DNA of 64,000 nt from an uncultured Acidobacteriota bacterium (GTDB lineage Bacteria > Acidobacteriota > Blastocatellia > RBC074). Made by a program: the position numbers and the translations under genes. Positions 11,544 to 24,838 of the stretch are shown here, piece by piece. Position 1 is the first letter of the stretch; each line of letters opens with the position of its first letter. The DNA lies in the NCBI GenBank assembly GCA_963796275.1, contig CAWCKY010000001.1, positions 544,001 through 608,000 of the forward strand. The letters run 5' to 3'. The notes under the pieces were generated by a model. That model did no database searches and was not told where the DNA came from. It was given only the letters and a program-made list of their open reading frames with translations.

Positions 11544-12080
11544 ATGAAACTAAATTTACTCCTTATTCAACTAATCCCGCTACTCATCATCGGTATGGTC
11601 ATGGCCGGATGCGCACGGCGCGATCCGGAGACTGAAAGGGAACAGGCTTTCAGTCAGACGTTAGAGAAATTGCAGTCATGCGCTCCCGAGCGAAATGAAG
11701 AGGACAAAATAAAAATTGCCATTGCCGGCATCACAACCGATTCGGATGAGACGGCGGTGAGAATAGTCGCCTATACGCTCGATGAGGACATCGATTTCGA
11801 TCTGCCTGTATACTGGATGAGCAGAGGCCGTTGGCTGATTAGCGAGCAAGCCCGCGCATATTTGTTAGATGAGCGCTGTCGCGAGTACAAACTCAAAGAT
11901 AGAAGATCATCGACGAAGGAAGCATTACCCCCCGATGGGCGGATCCGATTAAATCGCGGTCAGGCCTTCGAGGCAATTCTCAGCTTTCCACGTCTGCCCG
12001 ATCAAACACAGATCGGCATCCTGGTATACGGAGATCGAACCATACCTTTCTGGTATATGAATAAACAGCAGCCGCAATAG
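11544..12080 (+). CDS. Hypothetical lipoprotein
   Basis: Start re-assigned to ATG 11544: MKLNLLLIQLIPLLIIGMVMAGC (lipobox MAGC). The longer 11415 start overlaps tilS. Confidence 0.7.
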   Translation: MKLNLLLIQLIPLLIIGMVMAGCARRDPETEREQAFSQTLEKLQSCAPERNEEDKIKIAIAGITTDSDETAVRIVAYTLDEDIDFDLPVYWMSRGRWLISEQARAYLLDERCREYKLKDRRSSTKEALPPDGRIRLNRGQAFEAILSFPRLPDQTQIGILVYGDRTIPFWYMNKQQPQ

Positions 12081-12767
12081 TCAGGTCTGAGCCGAACGGG
12101 AGGATTCCATGATTGATTCGCTTTCCGCACCGACCCTGGCATAAAACGATGCATCGCAGGAACGACAAATAAAAGCTTTGTGATTTGTGAGAGCAAAGAC
12201 TACGCGTTCCAATCCACTCCTTTGCCGTCGTCTCACCCAATTTGATCCGCATTCCGGGCAGTTGGCGTTTGATTTTTGATTCTCCCTCAACACATTGATG
12301 CCATTCGCCTCTATCACACCTTTAACTTCGTGAAGCTTGGTAATCTCAGAGCGCAAACCCGATCGAATCGGTTCAACCGCGCCATTTCCGTTCTGATGTT
12401 GAGGTTCGTTTATGGGCGGGACAGACGGGACACCGATAAGATCGACTTTTATCTGCTGCTCCTGATTTGCCTCGATGCTGAGAGATAAACGCGATGCCGC
12501 CAACTCCAGCCTTATTTGCTCTCTACTGGGATCAGTCAGGTTCTGTTTATTCTGATTGAGCTGATGGCTGACAGTATGCGAGATATCAAGTTTGCGCCCG
12601 TTCTCCCTTGAAGCGCGTGTTCGAGGTGAGGCCGGCGAGAATGCGCGGAATTGGCGGTTGCAGTAATCGCAGAGCAACGCTCTGACGCCGATCGCACGTA
12701 GGACGAGCGGCGCTGGCTTGTAGTCATTACGAATACGCGAACTTCCACAAGATGGACAGACAACCAT
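12081..12767 (-). CDS. Hypothetical protein with two terminal zinc-ribbon-like domains
   Basis: CPSCGS...CDYC at the N-terminus and CPECGS...CRSC at the C-terminus; low-complexity linker; SD AAGGAG. Confidence 0.75.
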   Translation of the reverse strand: MVVCPSCGSSRIRNDYKPAPLVLRAIGVRALLCDYCNRQFRAFSPASPRTRASRENGRKLDISHTVSHQLNQNKQNLTDPSREQIRLELAASRLSLSIEANQEQQIKVDLIGVPSVPPINEPQHQNGNGAVEPIRSGLRSEITKLHEVKGVIEANGINVLRENQKSNANCPECGSNWVRRRQRSGLERVVFALTNHKAFICRSCDASFYARVGAESESIMESSRSAQT

Positions 12768-12954
12768 ATCTCGATCTCCTTATTATCCACAGTATTGTGG
12801 GGGTTAACTGAGGAGTCTGTTTAATTGTCTGAACCAAGATTGAGGAGGGCAATCTTGATGTTCAAATAGCGGGGGATCCCTGTTAGTTATTGCTTGTATT
12901 AACTTTTTGCGAATCCGTACTTTATCATTTTCGTGCCCCTTGGGGAAGGGGGTT

Positions 12955-14856
<1,902 letters not shown>

Positions 14857-15052
14857 CAGTTTCCCTCGGGGAAATGACAGGATTTTTATGAATCGGGGGC
14901 GAATTTTTATCTTGAAAAATCCGGGAGATCCTGTCTGAATACTCATTTCCGGGAGTCGTTCGACTGTGCGCCCGAATAACTCCGCTAGAAACAAACAGTA
15001 TGTCACAATTCGCACGGCCAGAGCGATAGGTCGTCAAACTAATATTATCGGC

Positions 15053-15793
15053 ATGAAATTCTCAGAAGCTGTCCAACTTATTGCAAGATCAAATCGCCTC
15101 GTAGGATTCACCGGCGCAGGTATATCGACCGAATCAGGTATTCCCGATTTTCGCAGTCCGAACGGCGTGTGGGCCAACAACCGAATGATCGAATACAACG
15201 AGTTTATCAGCAGTCGTCCCGGGCGCATCGAGTACTGGCGGCAGAAAGTGTCGATGTGGCCTGAAATGCGAGATGCTCAACCTAATGCCGGCCATCTGGC
15301 TTTCGTCGAGCTGGAACGCCAGGGCCGGCTGCGCGCGATGATCACACAGAACATCGACGGGTTGCACCAGCGGGCTGGCAATCGATCTGAGCTGGTAATC
15401 GAACTGCATGGCACAACGGCCGAAGCTGTTTGTTTAACCTGCGGAGACCGCATAACAATGGATGAAGCCGTGAAACGCGTTGAAGCTGGTGATCTAGCGC
15501 CGGAATGCGATCACTGCGGTGGTCTGCTCAAGCCGGCGACGGTATCGTTCGGCCAGGCTATGCCTGCGCGTGAAATGCAACTTGCCTCCGAAGCATCGAA
15601 AGATTGCGATGTGTTTCTGGCTGTCGGATCGTCGCTCGTCGTATATCCGGCAGCCGCGCTTCCCGAATTGGCGAAGCGCTACGGTGCGGCTTTGATCATC
15701 CTCAACCGGACTCCGACTTCGATGGATGCGCTCGCCGATCTGGTGATAAACGACGAAATCGGTAAGGCGCTTCCGCAGCTCATCGGAGGATAG
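15053..15793 (+). CDS. cobB: Sir2/CobB NAD-dependent protein deacylase
   Basis: TGAGISTESGIPDFR, TQNIDGLH, ELHG, CxxC...CxxC, GSSLVVYPAA, LN; start re-assigned to MKFSE. Confidence 0.9.
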   Translation: MKFSEAVQLIARSNRLVGFTGAGISTESGIPDFRSPNGVWANNRMIEYNEFISSRPGRIEYWRQKVSMWPEMRDAQPNAGHLAFVELERQGRLRAMITQNIDGLHQRAGNRSELVIELHGTTAEAVCLTCGDRITMDEAVKRVEAGDLAPECDHCGGLLKPATVSFGQAMPAREMQLASEASKDCDVFLAVGSSLVVYPAAALPELAKRYGAALIILNRTPTSMDALADLVINDEIGKALPQLIGG

Positions 15794-15884
15794 TCAGGAC
15801 TATCAAACCTGGCTCGCCCTTTCGGCAAAGGTCGATCTGGCATTGAGCTTAATGGCCAAGAAGCAATAAGCGATCGCTCATAGG

Positions 15885-17213
15885 TTAAGTCATGGCGGGA
15901 ACTATGCGGCCGCGGCACTCGCCAAACCCGATTCGTCTAAACCCTTCGCGCTCGCAGTAACCGCGAAAGATCACTTCATCTCCATCCTCCAGAAATCTGC
16001 GCACTTCACCGTTAGGCAGTTGAACCGGTTCGTTTCCGCGGAATGTCAGCTCGATCAGGCAGCCGAAGCTATCCTTCGTGGTCCCCGACACGGTGCCGCT
16101 CGCTATCAGATCGCTCGGGCGCAGATTGCACCCGTTGCTCGAGTGGTGAGTGAGCAATTGAGCGAGCGTCCAATAGAGGTCTTTCGTGTTGCTGCTGCTC
16201 AGGCGATGCGGCTCGATTTTTTTTTCGCGCATCTGCCGTGTAGCAAGATAGGATTCGAGTTTGATATCGAATCCGCCTCTGTTGCGGTTCTGGATCGAAT
16301 CGAGATAAGCCAACGGTTCCGGATCGCCTTCGGGCCGTTTAAACGCGGGCAGGCGGAAGGGGGCGAGCGCCTCCCGCATCACAATCCACGGTGAAATCGT
16401 CGTGGCGAAGCTCTTCGATAGGAATGGCCCCAGCGGCTGGTATTCCCATCGCTGAATGTCGCGCGCTGACCAGTCGTTTATCAGACAGAGACCGAAGATA
16501 TGGTCCTCGGCCTCGCTAATCTTTAAGGGCTTGCCCAGATCATTACCGTATCCCACGAAGAATCCGACTTCGAGTTCATAGTCGAGAACTCTGCTCGGAC
16601 CGTACGATGGCGCTTCTGCGTTATCGTCTTTGGTCTGGCCGGACGGACGATGGATATCTGTGCCGCTGATCACGATCGAAGACGCGCGACCGTGATAGCC
16701 GATGGGGACCCATTTGTAATTGGGCAGTAGCGGCTGATCCGGACGAAACATCCGGCCGATGTTGGTCGCGTGAGAGATCGAAGCGTAGAAATCGGTGTAA
16801 TCCCCTATCTCGGTCGGTACCAGCATTTCAACTTCGTCCATGGGGATAAGGAAGTCTTCGATGATGTAACGTTCATCGCTGTAATTGTCTGCGCGCAGCA
16901 GGCGGCTCACGCGTCGCCGAAATTCCGACTGCAATTCGGGTTCGAGCAACATCAGGAAATCGAGCGATTCTACGGAACAGGCGTCAGCGATCATATCGTC
17001 GAAATCGCCCTCCCATAGCTCATCGGCCACATCGGTAATATTGAGTATCTGATCGCCGATGGCCACACCGATGTTGGGAAGTTCGTCTATATCTTTTCGG
17101 TAGAAGAGTCCGAGGGGTAAATTCTGAATAGGGAAATCCGACTTCGGATCGTTCGCGGATTCCACCCAGCTCTTGAGATTCGGATCGTGACTTTCGTTGA
17201 TCGAGAAGGGCAT
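15885..17213 (-). CDS. fahA: Fumarylacetoacetase
   Basis: DFPIQNLP, GDYTDFYAS, PIGYHGRASS, LDYELE, NDWSARDIQRWEYQPLGPFLSKSF, GTVSG. Confidence 0.96.
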   Translation of the reverse strand: MPFSINESHDPNLKSWVESANDPKSDFPIQNLPLGLFYRKDIDELPNIGVAIGDQILNITDVADELWEGDFDDMIADACSVESLDFLMLLEPELQSEFRRRVSRLLRADNYSDERYIIEDFLIPMDEVEMLVPTEIGDYTDFYASISHATNIGRMFRPDQPLLPNYKWVPIGYHGRASSIVISGTDIHRPSGQTKDDNAEAPSYGPSRVLDYELEVGFFVGYGNDLGKPLKISEAEDHIFGLCLINDWSARDIQRWEYQPLGPFLSKSFATTISPWIVMREALAPFRLPAFKRPEGDPEPLAYLDSIQNRNRGGFDIKLESYLATRQMREKKIEPHRLSSSNTKDLYWTLAQLLTHHSSNGCNLRPSDLIASGTVSGTTKDSFGCLIELTFRGNEPVQLPNGEVRRFLEDGDEVIFRGYCEREGFRRIGFGECRGRIVPAMT

Positions 17214-17221
17214 AACAATCC

Positions 17222-18109
17222 TCACATTAGATTTATTTTCTTCATATCTTCGATCGGCTCTTCGAATGAGCACGAACCGAATGAGATTGCGAAAAGATTG
17301 CGCGCGTTCCGCAATTGCCCTCTGACGACTATCTCCCCACGCCAGATGACGCTACCGGCTTCAAATTGAAACGAATGGGGAGACCTTTCTTCAAGCAATT
17401 GAGCGAGCTGCTCGACATCCATTCCATTATATGAATACGCGGCTGCGAGAAAGACGTTCAGGAACCCGTGCATCAACGCCTGCCCGCTGTCGGGCTCATA
17501 AGTCAGGTTATTGAATGAGCGCAGCGGATGGTGTAAGCCGGCGGTAGCTTTGAATGGAACATCCTCCTCCGCACAGGCTTTGATAAAACGAGCGAGGTCG
17601 ATCGACGACGGAAACGCATCGGCAGTTACGCCTCCGGTTCGCACTTTGGCGCGAGCGCCTGTGGCTCCGATGGCCTTGACCAGGTCATGCGGGTCTTCGG
17701 CAATGGGGATCTCAAAGTATGTTTTCAACTTTTCAGGTATCAAGTTCATCGCCCTTTTAATATCCCTCTGATGCGCGACCTTGATTTCAAGGGTATCGAT
17801 CGAAGCGTCTCTCGTTTTGGCAATGCTTTCGTTGAAATTATCTATATTCTCCAGGTCAGAGTCGAGTCCGTCCCCCGAAAGCGCGCTCAACAACCAGGGC
17901 TCTTTTCCGCCTTCGAGTTGAACGGCAGCTCGCTCGAACTCGTTCAGCCTGGCGATGGGAACGATAAAGCGGCCCAGATACCGGGAATATTCGCCATTTT
18001 GATAAACCGCGTAATTTCTGACAGCCGCAGCCATATCCAATGCGGCGGGCGGAAATATCCCCGCATAATCGATCAATCCCGTCATTAATTCCTGGAGTGA
18101 AAGGAGCAT
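17222..18109 (-). CDS. Conserved hypothetical protein between hmgA and fahA (DYAGIFPP / KVRTGG / FKATAGLHH / HGFLN / FGSCS)
   Basis: Clean 295-aa ORF ending 8 bp before fahA; enzyme-like motif set; function unknown. Confidence 0.85.
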   Translation of the reverse strand: MLLSLQELMTGLIDYAGIFPPAALDMAAAVRNYAVYQNGEYSRYLGRFIVPIARLNEFERAAVQLEGGKEPWLLSALSGDGLDSDLENIDNFNESIAKTRDASIDTLEIKVAHQRDIKRAMNLIPEKLKTYFEIPIAEDPHDLVKAIGATGARAKVRTGGVTADAFPSSIDLARFIKACAEEDVPFKATAGLHHPLRSFNNLTYEPDSGQALMHGFLNVFLAAAYSYNGMDVEQLAQLLEERSPHSFQFEAGSVIWRGEIVVRGQLRNARNLFAISFGSCSFEEPIEDMKKINLM

Positions 18110-18112
18110 AAT

Positions 18113-18227
18113 CAGAAGACAGTAGTCAGAAGCCAGGAGACAGAGGGTGGCAGTCAGAATTCAGAAGAAATGACAATTTTCTCGACTCTTTAAACCGCAT
18201 CTCTAGTCTTCTGACCTCTGACTGCCA
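18113..18227. repeat. CAGAAGA-type heptamer array with inverted copy
   Basis: CAGAAGA CAGTAGT CAGAAGC CAGGAGA CAGAGGG...; 18148-18168 pairs with 18207-18227 (19/21). Confidence 0.65.
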
Positions 18228-19534
18228 TTTTCTATCTCTGCTTGGAAATGTTTCGGCAATCCCTGCCAGCAATCGAAATAATCCTTCTGCAATGTAGGTA
18301 ACTCCATCGCGAATTTCGTTGGCCGGATGACGAGGCGCGTTTCAAACATAAACGCCAGATTTTTTTCGTAACGTTCCGGCTTGAGATCAGCCTCCCTGGC
18401 CTTTGCGAATGCCGCGGCATCTGGCCCATGCGCCGACATGCAATTATGCAGACTTGCGCCACCGGGAACAAAACCCTCAGCCTTCGCGTCGTATTGCCCG
18501 AAGATCAAACCCATAAATTCGCTCATCACGTTCCGATGAAAAAAAGGTGGGCGGAAGGTATGCTCCGCTACCATCCAGCGCGGCGGGAATATGACGAAAT
18601 CGACATTGGCCGTGCCCGGTGTATCCGAGATGGAGGTTAGAACCGTGAAGATCGATGGATCGGCATGATCGAAGCTCACCGTGTTGATTGTATTGAAATT
18701 TGCCAGGTCGTATTTGTACGGCGCATAGTTTCCGTGCCAGGCGACAACGTCGAGTGGTGAATGACCGATAACCGCTTCCCAAAGATTGCCCTGGAATTTG
18801 GCGATGATGCGCAGATCGCCTTCTCGTTCGTCATAAGCGGCAACCGGTGTCAGGAAATCCCTGGGATTCGCCAACCCATTTGCGCCGATAATTCCAAGTT
18901 CTGGCAGATTGAAATGTGCGCCATAGTTTTCGCACACGTAGCCGCGGGCTTCGCCATCGGGCAGGTTGATTTGGAATTTCAGCCCGCGTTGCAAAACACA
19001 AATTTCACCCGGCGCGACTTCCAATATTCCCAGCTCGGTATGGATCGATAAACGGCCGCGCTCGGGCACTATGAGCAATTCACCATCAGCATTATAGAAG
19101 AAGCGGTCGCGCATCGGCGCATTAGCCGCGTAGATGTGGATTCCCGCGCCGGTGGACATGCCAACATCGCCGTTGGCGCCCATCGTCACGAGACCATCGA
19201 TGAAGTCGGTGGGTTTTTGCGGCAGCGGCAGCGGATCCCACCGCAGCTGATTGGGCGTCGTCGATGGATTCTCATCGAAAGGCGCGGTGCGGATGAGGCC
19301 GTTTGCGATGCGCTTGAACGGTTTGTGCACGACCGATGGGCGAATGCGGTACAGCCATGAGCGCCGGTTTATCCCGCGCGGCGCAGTGAAAGGCGACCCG
19401 CTGAACTGCTCCGCGTAGAGACCGAGGGGCGGCTTCTGCGGAGAGTTTTGCCCTATCGGCAGAGCCCCCGCACGCGCCTCCGTTGCGAAATCGTTGCCGA
19501 AGCCCGATTGGTATGGAAGTTTGGCTGATGACAT
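18203..19534 (-). CDS. hmgA: Homogentisate 1,2-dioxygenase
   Basis: [71 protein letters not shown]. Confidence 0.97.
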   Translation of the reverse strand: MSSAKLPYQSGFGNDFATEARAGALPIGQNSPQKPPLGLYAEQFSGSPFTAPRGINRRSWLYRIRPSVVHKPFKRIANGLIRTAPFDENPSTTPNQLRWDPLPLPQKPTDFIDGLVTMGANGDVGMSTGAGIHIYAANAPMRDRFFYNADGELLIVPERGRLSIHTELGILEVAPGEICVLQRGLKFQINLPDGEARGYVCENYGAHFNLPELGIIGANGLANPRDFLTPVAAYDEREGDLRIIAKFQGNLWEAVIGHSPLDVVAWHGNYAPYKYDLANFNTINTVSFDHADPSIFTVLTSISDTPGTANVDFVIFPPRWMVAEHTFRPPFFHRNVMSEFMGLIFGQYDAKAEGFVPGGASLHNCMSAHGPDAAAFAKAREADLKPERYEKNLAFMFETRLVIRPTKFAMELPTLQKDYFDCWQGLPKHFQAEIENGSQRSED

Positions 19535-19635
19535 GACAATTTAAGATTACCAAAAATCAGGAACGCTATCGAGCAGGCCATGTCAATGGCCATTTATTCA
19601 AACAGATTCGTTCGCTCCAGCTCGCGTTACTGAAT

Positions 19636-20727
19636 TCATACCAGATTTCCCCGCAATGCCTGCTCGCGTTCGATCGCTTCAAACAATGCTTTGAAATTGC
19701 CCTTCCCGAAACCCTGGCATCCTTTTCGCTGGATGATCTCGTAAAAGAGCGTCGGACGATCTTCGACAGGCTTAGTGAATATCTGCAGCAGATATCCGTC
19801 TTCATCGCGATCCACCAGAAGTTTCAGGTTCCGCAATTCTGCGATCCGCTCATCTATCCCGCCGGAGCGATCGGATAGCCCTTCATAGTAAGTATCCGGA
19901 ACCTCGAGAAACTCCGTGCCGTTTGCGCGCAGTCTGCTGACCGTCGAGATAATGTCAGTCGTGAGCAGCGCGATGTGTTGTACCCCTGGGCCATGATAGC
20001 ACTCGAGGTACTCTTGAATCTGACTCTTGCGGCGGCCCCAGGCGGGTTCGTTGATCGGGAATTTGATGCTGCGCGAATCGTTGGCCATTACCACGCTATT
20101 GAGTGCGCTGTATTCGGTCGAAATATCCTTATCATCGAACGTCATAAAACGGTTAAACCCGAACACGCGACTGTACCAATCCTCCCATTCGGACATCTTC
20201 CCCGGTTCGACGTTGGCGACGAAGTGATCGATCCGCAGCAGCCCCGCCTCGCGGCCCGCAACATTCGATTCGACAAATCCCGGCAGAAAAGGCCCTTTAT
20301 AATCCTGGCGCGCGATGAACGAGTGGATCGTATCGCAGTAGATCTTCACGCTGGCGCGTCGCACCGCACCAAACTCGTCTTCCAGAGTGTGCGGCGGTTC
20401 GTTGGGCGTGGCGCCCCGCGAAGTGGCGAGCTCGTATGCGCGATCGGCATCGTCGACTTCGAGCGCGATATCTTTAACTCCATCGCCATGTTTTCTTACG
20501 TGCTCTGCGACTTGAGATTCGGGATGGAGCGGCGAGGTCAAGACAAACCTGATGGTCCCCTGGCGTATAGCATACGAGGCTTTTTCGCGGTCGCCGGTCT
20601 CAAGTCCGGCATATGCGATACGCGAGAAACCGAAAGCATTGCGATAGTAATAATCGGCTTGCTTCGCGTTACCGACAAAAAATTCGATATGATGGATTTG
20701 TCTGATGTTGAGGGATGCGGTACTCAT
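19636..20727 (-). CDS. hppD: 4-hydroxyphenylpyruvate dioxygenase
   Basis: [69 protein letters not shown]. Confidence 0.97.
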   Translation of the reverse strand: MSTASLNIRQIHHIEFFVGNAKQADYYYRNAFGFSRIAYAGLETGDREKASYAIRQGTIRFVLTSPLHPESQVAEHVRKHGDGVKDIALEVDDADRAYELATSRGATPNEPPHTLEDEFGAVRRASVKIYCDTIHSFIARQDYKGPFLPGFVESNVAGREAGLLRIDHFVANVEPGKMSEWEDWYSRVFGFNRFMTFDDKDISTEYSALNSVVMANDSRSIKFPINEPAWGRRKSQIQEYLECYHGPGVQHIALLTTDIISTVSRLRANGTEFLEVPDTYYEGLSDRSGGIDERIAELRNLKLLVDRDEDGYLLQIFTKPVEDRPTLFYEIIQRKGCQGFGKGNFKALFEAIEREQALRGNLV

Positions 20728-20756
20728 TTTGACACCTCCGATAGAATGCGAGCTGC

Positions 20757-21614
20757 TCAAAAACTATCGATAAAATCTCGAGTCACTTCCTTTAAATAGC
20801 TGTAAGACGGTATGACAAACAATACCGGCTGCATATCCGAGTAATCGTAGTCGGTGTTTATCACCTCCTTCAGGTCGAATTTGCGCCGGTCGACTTTATC
20901 GCTGAACGCATATTCGAGTTCGCTGTAGGAGGACAGCAGCCCCGCTCCGAAAGCTTTGATTCCGGCTCCTTCTTCGACCAGACCGAATTCGACGGTGAAC
21001 CAGTACAGACGTCCCAATTGCCTCAACTGCTCGTCGCTGGCGACGACGGCGCCCTTGCCGATGAATTGCGAAAAATCAGCGAAATCGGGGTTGGTGAAAT
21101 TTGGGATATGGCCGATGATCTCGTGAACGATATCGGGTTCAGGCGTGTAATCGGGCCGCGAATGATGGCGCAAGTACTGAGTGCAGAGCATCGTCCGCTT
21201 CCCGAGCCAGCTCAGGAATGCCCGGGTCTCGACCAGCCCCTCGATTGGTGCGAGCCGAAAGTTCGAGACCTCGCGCAGCTTCGGGTCGAGATCACGAAGT
21301 TGTGGAATGAGATTGCGGCTGATCCCGAGTTTGCGCTTAGATTCGAGATAGAGAGAACAGGCGCGACGCTCCTGCGTTTCTCCGAGCTGATCATAAACGT
21401 GTCTCCAGATCGCCGTCTCTTCCGCCGTATACTCTACGTTGGGAATGATGTGATCGGGGTCCTCGCGGTAACACTTGGCCAATTCCGCGATGAAGTTGCG
21501 GCGCGATCGATACTCCGCGTCCTGGGCTCCGGGATGGTCGATCGGGAGCATGCTGATCTCCTCAAACCCGATGTCACTGTTCAAAAATTCTTCAGTCGTG
21601 ATCATTACTTTCAT
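20757..21614 (-). CDS. phhA: Phenylalanine 4-monooxygenase (biopterin-dependent aromatic amino-acid hydroxylase)
   Basis: [47 protein letters not shown]; start re-assigned after SD AGGGAG. Confidence 0.93.
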   Translation of the reverse strand: MKVMITTEEFLNSDIGFEEISMLPIDHPGAQDAEYRSRRNFIAELAKCYREDPDHIIPNVEYTAEETAIWRHVYDQLGETQERRACSLYLESKRKLGISRNLIPQLRDLDPKLREVSNFRLAPIEGLVETRAFLSWLGKRTMLCTQYLRHHSRPDYTPEPDIVHEIIGHIPNFTNPDFADFSQFIGKGAVVASDEQLRQLGRLYWFTVEFGLVEEGAGIKAFGAGLLSSYSELEYAFSDKVDRRKFDLKEVINTDYDYSDMQPVLFVIPSYSYLKEVTRDFIDSF

Positions 21615-21673
21615 CTCCCTTGTGCGCTTCGCCGACTTGCGACCGGGGAAACTGGGCGACCGGGCGAATTTAT

Positions 21674-23692
21674 TTAATCGCTCCGCCGCCTCGACTCCCC
21701 AGTCGTAAATCGGCAATCCGCAATTGCATTTACCGACGCCGGATTTTCCAGCGCGGTTAAATCTCCAGGCTCTTCGCCCAGATAAGCTGCACGAATTACT
21801 CTGCGCATCACTTTCGCATTGCGCGTCTTCGGCAATAGGGGGACGAAGAAAACCTTGGCGGGCCGTAGCGGTTTGCCCATTTCCGCAGCGACCATCAATT
21901 TTAAATCATCGGCCAGCTTTTCATTAGCCTCCGCGTCCGCTCTGAGGACGCAGAAAACGATAAGTGCGCTGCCCTTCATCGCATCCGGAATCCCGATGGC
22001 GGCGGCCTCATTAACGTCCGAGTGCGCCACCAGGACTGACTCGATCTCGGCGGGTCCGACGCGCTTGCCGGCAATCTTCAAGGTATCGTCGCTGCGACCG
22101 AGGATGTGCCAATGGTCATCGGCATCGATCATCGCCCAATCGCCGTGCACCCAGATATCCGGCCAGCGCGACCAGTAGGTATTTATATAACGGTCGGCGT
22201 CCTTCCAGAACCCGCGAGCCTGGCCGATCCAGGGTTTGCGTATTGCGAGTTCACCCACGGCGCCGCGCACCGATTCTCCGTTTTCACCGATCACATCGGC
22301 ATCGATCCCCGGGCAGGGCGCGGAAAATGCGCACGGTTTGATGGGCAGCAGGGGATTGTTCATCAAGATTCCGCCTGATATTTCCGTGCCGCCCGAATAG
22401 TTGATGATCGGAATATTCTTTTTCCCGACTCGCTCAAATAGCCACCACCACGGGTCCGGGTTCCACGGTTCTCCAGTAGACCCGAAGATGCGTAAGCTCG
22501 AAAGATCAGTTCCGTTTATCCATTGATCTCCGTTGGCGGCCAGGGCACGGACGAGAGTCGGCGAAATTCCCAGCACCTCGACTTTATGCCTCTCACAGAA
22601 TGACCAGATGCGATCCGGCTTCGGATAATCGGGCGCGCCGTCGTAAATCACAATTGTACCGCCCAGGATGAGAGTCCCATAGATCAACCATGGGCCCATC
22701 ATCCACCCGATGTCTGTCATCCAGGAGATGCGCGTGCCTCGTCCAACGTCCGTGCCAAAACTCATATCCTGTGCCGACTTAACGGGAAAGCCGCAGTGGG
22801 TATGTAAGATGCCCTTCGGGCGACCAGTCGTTCCTGAAGTGTAAATGGCGATCAGCGGGTCTTCCGCACCGGTTATCTCAGGATATCTGAATTTGGCATT
22901 CTTCGATCCGGTCTCCAGCAATTGGTCGAAATAGATGTCGCGGCCAGCCTTCATCGGAATGGTCATCGTTGACCGGCGGACAACTATGACGCGCACGATA
23001 TCGGGCAGATCTGCGGCGGCTTCATCAGCGGTAAGTTTTGCATCGACATTTTTGCCGCGGCGAGGGTAGCTGTCACATGTGAATAAGGCCCGGGCGCCGG
23101 CGTCTCTCAGGCGCGATTCGATCGCAGATGGGCCGAATCCCGAAAAGAGCGGCACTGCGACTGCGCCGATGCGATTGATGGCGAGCAGCGCGATCGCGGT
23201 TTCCGGAATCATCGGGAGGTGAATGCCGACTGCATCCCCTTTCCGCAGACCGCAGGCGCGCAAACCGGCGGAGCAGAGACAGACTTCATTCCAGAGTTCC
23301 TGATAAGTCAGGGTGCGAGTCTCGCCTTCTTCACCTTCCCAGATGAGGGCAGCCGTCTGCGCCATCGCTTCGTCCTCGACCCAGCGATCGAGGCAGCTCT
23401 TGCTGATGTTCAGTTCCGCGTCGACGCACCATTTCGGCCATTGAATGCCGCGCGAGAGATCGACTATCTGGCTGTAGGGTTTATCGAATTGGATGTCGAG
23501 AAAACGCAGCAATTGTTCGGTGAACCATGCGAAATCGTCGATCGAGCGCCGATAAACTTCGTCAAAAGTTGTGAGCCCGCAAAATGCGATGAAGCGCGAC
23601 AGTTGCGCACGCTCGATTATTTCGCTGGTGGGCCGCCATGCTATTGCCTTGTCATTACGTACTTCATCAGACATCTTTTTCGATTCAAACAC
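21674..23692 (-). CDS. AMP-forming acyl-CoA synthetase (acetate/acetoacetate-CoA ligase family)
   Basis: [41 protein letters not shown]. Confidence 0.9.
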   Translation of the reverse strand: MFESKKMSDEVRNDKAIAWRPTSEIIERAQLSRFIAFCGLTTFDEVYRRSIDDFAWFTEQLLRFLDIQFDKPYSQIVDLSRGIQWPKWCVDAELNISKSCLDRWVEDEAMAQTAALIWEGEEGETRTLTYQELWNEVCLCSAGLRACGLRKGDAVGIHLPMIPETAIALLAINRIGAVAVPLFSGFGPSAIESRLRDAGARALFTCDSYPRRGKNVDAKLTADEAAADLPDIVRVIVVRRSTMTIPMKAGRDIYFDQLLETGSKNAKFRYPEITGAEDPLIAIYTSGTTGRPKGILHTHCGFPVKSAQDMSFGTDVGRGTRISWMTDIGWMMGPWLIYGTLILGGTIVIYDGAPDYPKPDRIWSFCERHKVEVLGISPTLVRALAANGDQWINGTDLSSLRIFGSTGEPWNPDPWWWLFERVGKKNIPIINYSGGTEISGGILMNNPLLPIKPCAFSAPCPGIDADVIGENGESVRGAVGELAIRKPWIGQARGFWKDADRYINTYWSRWPDIWVHGDWAMIDADDHWHILGRSDDTLKIAGKRVGPAEIESVLVAHSDVNEAAAIGIPDAMKGSALIVFCVLRADAEANEKLADDLKLMVAAEMGKPLRPAKVFFVPLLPKTRNAKVMRRVIRAAYLGEEPGDLTALENPASVNAIADCRFTTGESRRRSD

Positions 23693-24635
23693 TTATGACA
23701 GCATCGACGCAAGCGGAGGATACTGGGTGAAGCCAGTGGCGATACCCCGGATTCCGGCCCCCCGCTATCTCGAAGAAGTTCTTTTGTATCGTTTCGCAAA
23801 TCGGCCTCGTTCTGCCATCGCCGATGATCAGGCCATCGACCTCGCGGATTGGTGCGATCTCGATCGCCGTGCCGGTCAGGAATGCTTCGTTTGCGGTGAA
23901 CAGATCATCGAGTGCGAGCGCGCGAATTTCAATCTTATAACCGAGGCCGCGCGCAATCTCGATGACCGAATCGCGTGTGATTCCGAGCAGAATCGAAGAC
24001 TTTTCATCATTCGTCAATAACTTGCCGTCGCGTACGAGGAAAATGTTTTCAACCGCTCCTTCCGACAGGTTACCGTTCAGATCGAGCAGAATCGCCTCAT
24101 CGAAGCCCTTCTTCGTTGCATCGCGGGCCGCCAGTATCGCGTTAATATACTGGCCGGTCGATTTCGCCGTCGTCGGAAGCATGCTCGAGTGGAATTTCTT
24201 CCACGGGGAGATGGTCACACGCAACCCCCTGGCCTTTTTCTCCGCATTCATCGCATGAGGCCATTCCCAGGCGATTATCGTAACGCTCACGGGGCAAACC
24301 GACCGTATCCCCAGACCACTGCTATCGAAATATGCTATCGGCCTGATATAGCAATTTTTGAAATTGTTGAGACTGATGCTCTCCCTGATCGCTTCGGCGA
24401 GGCGTTCTTTTTTGTAGGGAATCTCGATCCCACATATTTCAGCCGATGCATAGAGCCGATCAAGATGCTCTTTCAGACGGAAAACTACAGGGCCCTCTGG
24501 GGTCTCATAGGCACGGATCCCTTCAAATACACCCATCCCGTAATGAAGGCCGTATGCGGACGGGTGAATGTTCGCCTCTTTCCAAGTCACATGCTGCCCG
24601 TTGTGCCAAACCCATTCTGTCCGCTCGAATGACAT
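23685..24635 (-). CDS. ilvE: Branched-chain amino-acid transaminase (class IV PLP)
   Basis: [59 protein letters not shown]. Confidence 0.9.
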   Translation of the reverse strand: MSFERTEWVWHNGQHVTWKEANIHPSAYGLHYGMGVFEGIRAYETPEGPVVFRLKEHLDRLYASAEICGIEIPYKKERLAEAIRESISLNNFKNCYIRPIAYFDSSGLGIRSVCPVSVTIIAWEWPHAMNAEKKARGLRVTISPWKKFHSSMLPTTAKSTGQYINAILAARDATKKGFDEAILLDLNGNLSEGAVENIFLVRDGKLLTNDEKSSILLGITRDSVIEIARGLGYKIEIRALALDDLFTANEAFLTGTAIEIAPIREVDGLIIGDGRTRPICETIQKNFFEIAGGRNPGYRHWLHPVSSACVDAVISV

Positions 24636-24838
24636 CGATTTTCTCCTCAGCCAATTTAAGCAGGTTATTCAGCCTGCCCGACTTTTTTAGGGGATAGAGC
24701 AGGTATCTTACCCCGCCCTACTACATAGTCTTCCGATCACCAATTAGTATGAAATGATATGACTGGCAAGATGGCGGATGAATATGTATTTTAAGGTATT
24801 GCTATAAATCCATTTAATATTTTAAGGTTGTTTGGATT

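Noticed and set aside
12783-12791. Perfect DnaA box TTATCCACA
   Set aside because: Single copy, with no box cluster, DUE or dnaA nearby; not an origin.
15053-15793. Sir2 as an anti-phage NADase
   Set aside because: Classical Zn-binding sirtuin deacylase motifs, with no defence partners or mobile context.
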